A stretch of 64,000 bases of DNA from Octopus vulgaris. Taxonomy: Eukaryota. Where the stretch lies: NCBI GenBank assembly GCA_951406725.2, contig OX597828.1, forward strand, positions 39,122,001-39,186,000. The letters run 5' to 3'. Numbering within the stretch: the first letter of the stretch is position 1; each line of letters starts with the position of its first letter. The translations under genes were made by a program, and so were the position numbers. Shown here piece after piece: positions 63,481 through 64,000 of this stretch. The notes under the pieces were generated by a model. That model was not told where the DNA came from and made no database searches. It saw only the letters and a program-made list of their open reading frames with translations.

Positions 63481-63885
63481 CATCATCATCATCATCATTT
63501 AACGTCCGTTTTCCATGCTAGCATGGGTTGGACGATTTTGACTGAGGGCTGGCAACCAGATGGCTGCACCAGGCTCCAGTCTTGATCTGGCAGAATTTCT
63601 ACAGCTGGGTGCCTTTCCTAATGCCAACCACCCCGAGAGTGTAGTGGGTGCTTTTTATGTGCCACCGGCTCAGGGGCCAGTCAGGCGGTACTGGCAATGA
63701 CCTCACTCGAATCTTTTTACACGTGCCAGTGAAGTGACGTTGGTAACGATCACGCTCGAATGGTGCCACGGGTACGGAAGCCAGTTGGCTGCTCTGGCAA
63801 CGATCACGCTCAGATGTGTTCTTGGCACCCTATTAGCACAGGCATAAGTGCCAGTAAGGCGACGCTGGTAACGATCATACTCATA
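63481..63885 (-). mobile_element. SINE-family repeat with internal subrepeats
   Basis: Reverse complement of the 28215-28520 / 35725-35998 family. Confidence 0.75.
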
Positions 63886-63914
63886 ATCTAATTAATAACT
63901 TTCAGGAATTTATC

Positions 63915-63986
63915 ACTGTGGTAGTATAGTGGTAAGTGTCCCTGTCTTTCATGCAGGAGACCAGGGTTTGATTCCCCGCTGGGGTG
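63915..63986 (+). pseudogene. tRNA-Asp-like pseudogene or tRNA-derived repeat with TTC (Glu) anticodon
   Basis: TAGTATAGTGGTAAGTGTC-CCTGT-CTTTCAT-GCAGG-AGAC-CAGGG-TTTGATT-CCCCG. The T loop has TTT instead of TTC, and the acceptor stem pairs weakly. Confidence 0.75.
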
Positions 63987-64000
63987 GCTTACATTTTCAA

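Overview
AT-rich, microsatellite- and transposon-dense animal DNA. The SINE repertoire and the (TA)n/(CA)n/(AAT)n load suggest an octopus or other coleoid cephalopod; this is my inference, not verified. The only gene I can build is a + strand USP3-type ubiquitin-specific protease. Its 12 GT-AG exons (19825-43271) splice in frame to 1282 nt (426 aa plus stop) and run from the end of the ZnF-UBP domain through the Cys box ([12 protein letters not shown]), QQDAHEF, the His box (HHGSGAGSGHY) and FNDS. I did not find its first coding exons; they probably lie upstream of the window. The rest is SINEs of several families, LINE relics (CR1-, RTE- and REL-type), MITEs (hAT, piggyBac, pogo), a DD37D relic, a mariner foldback, a Helitron and a tRNA-Asp-like pseudogene with a TTC anticodon. 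The most notable signal no ORF explains is a set of hammerhead-ribozyme motifs from at least four unrelated repeat families. These include an extended, pseudoknot-capable hammerhead in a USP3 intron (33442-33555) and a tRNA-headed hammerhead element present as an inverted pair (4985-5491). Most ORFs in the supplied track are repeat artefacts. All family names come from motif recognition by eye; no search was run.
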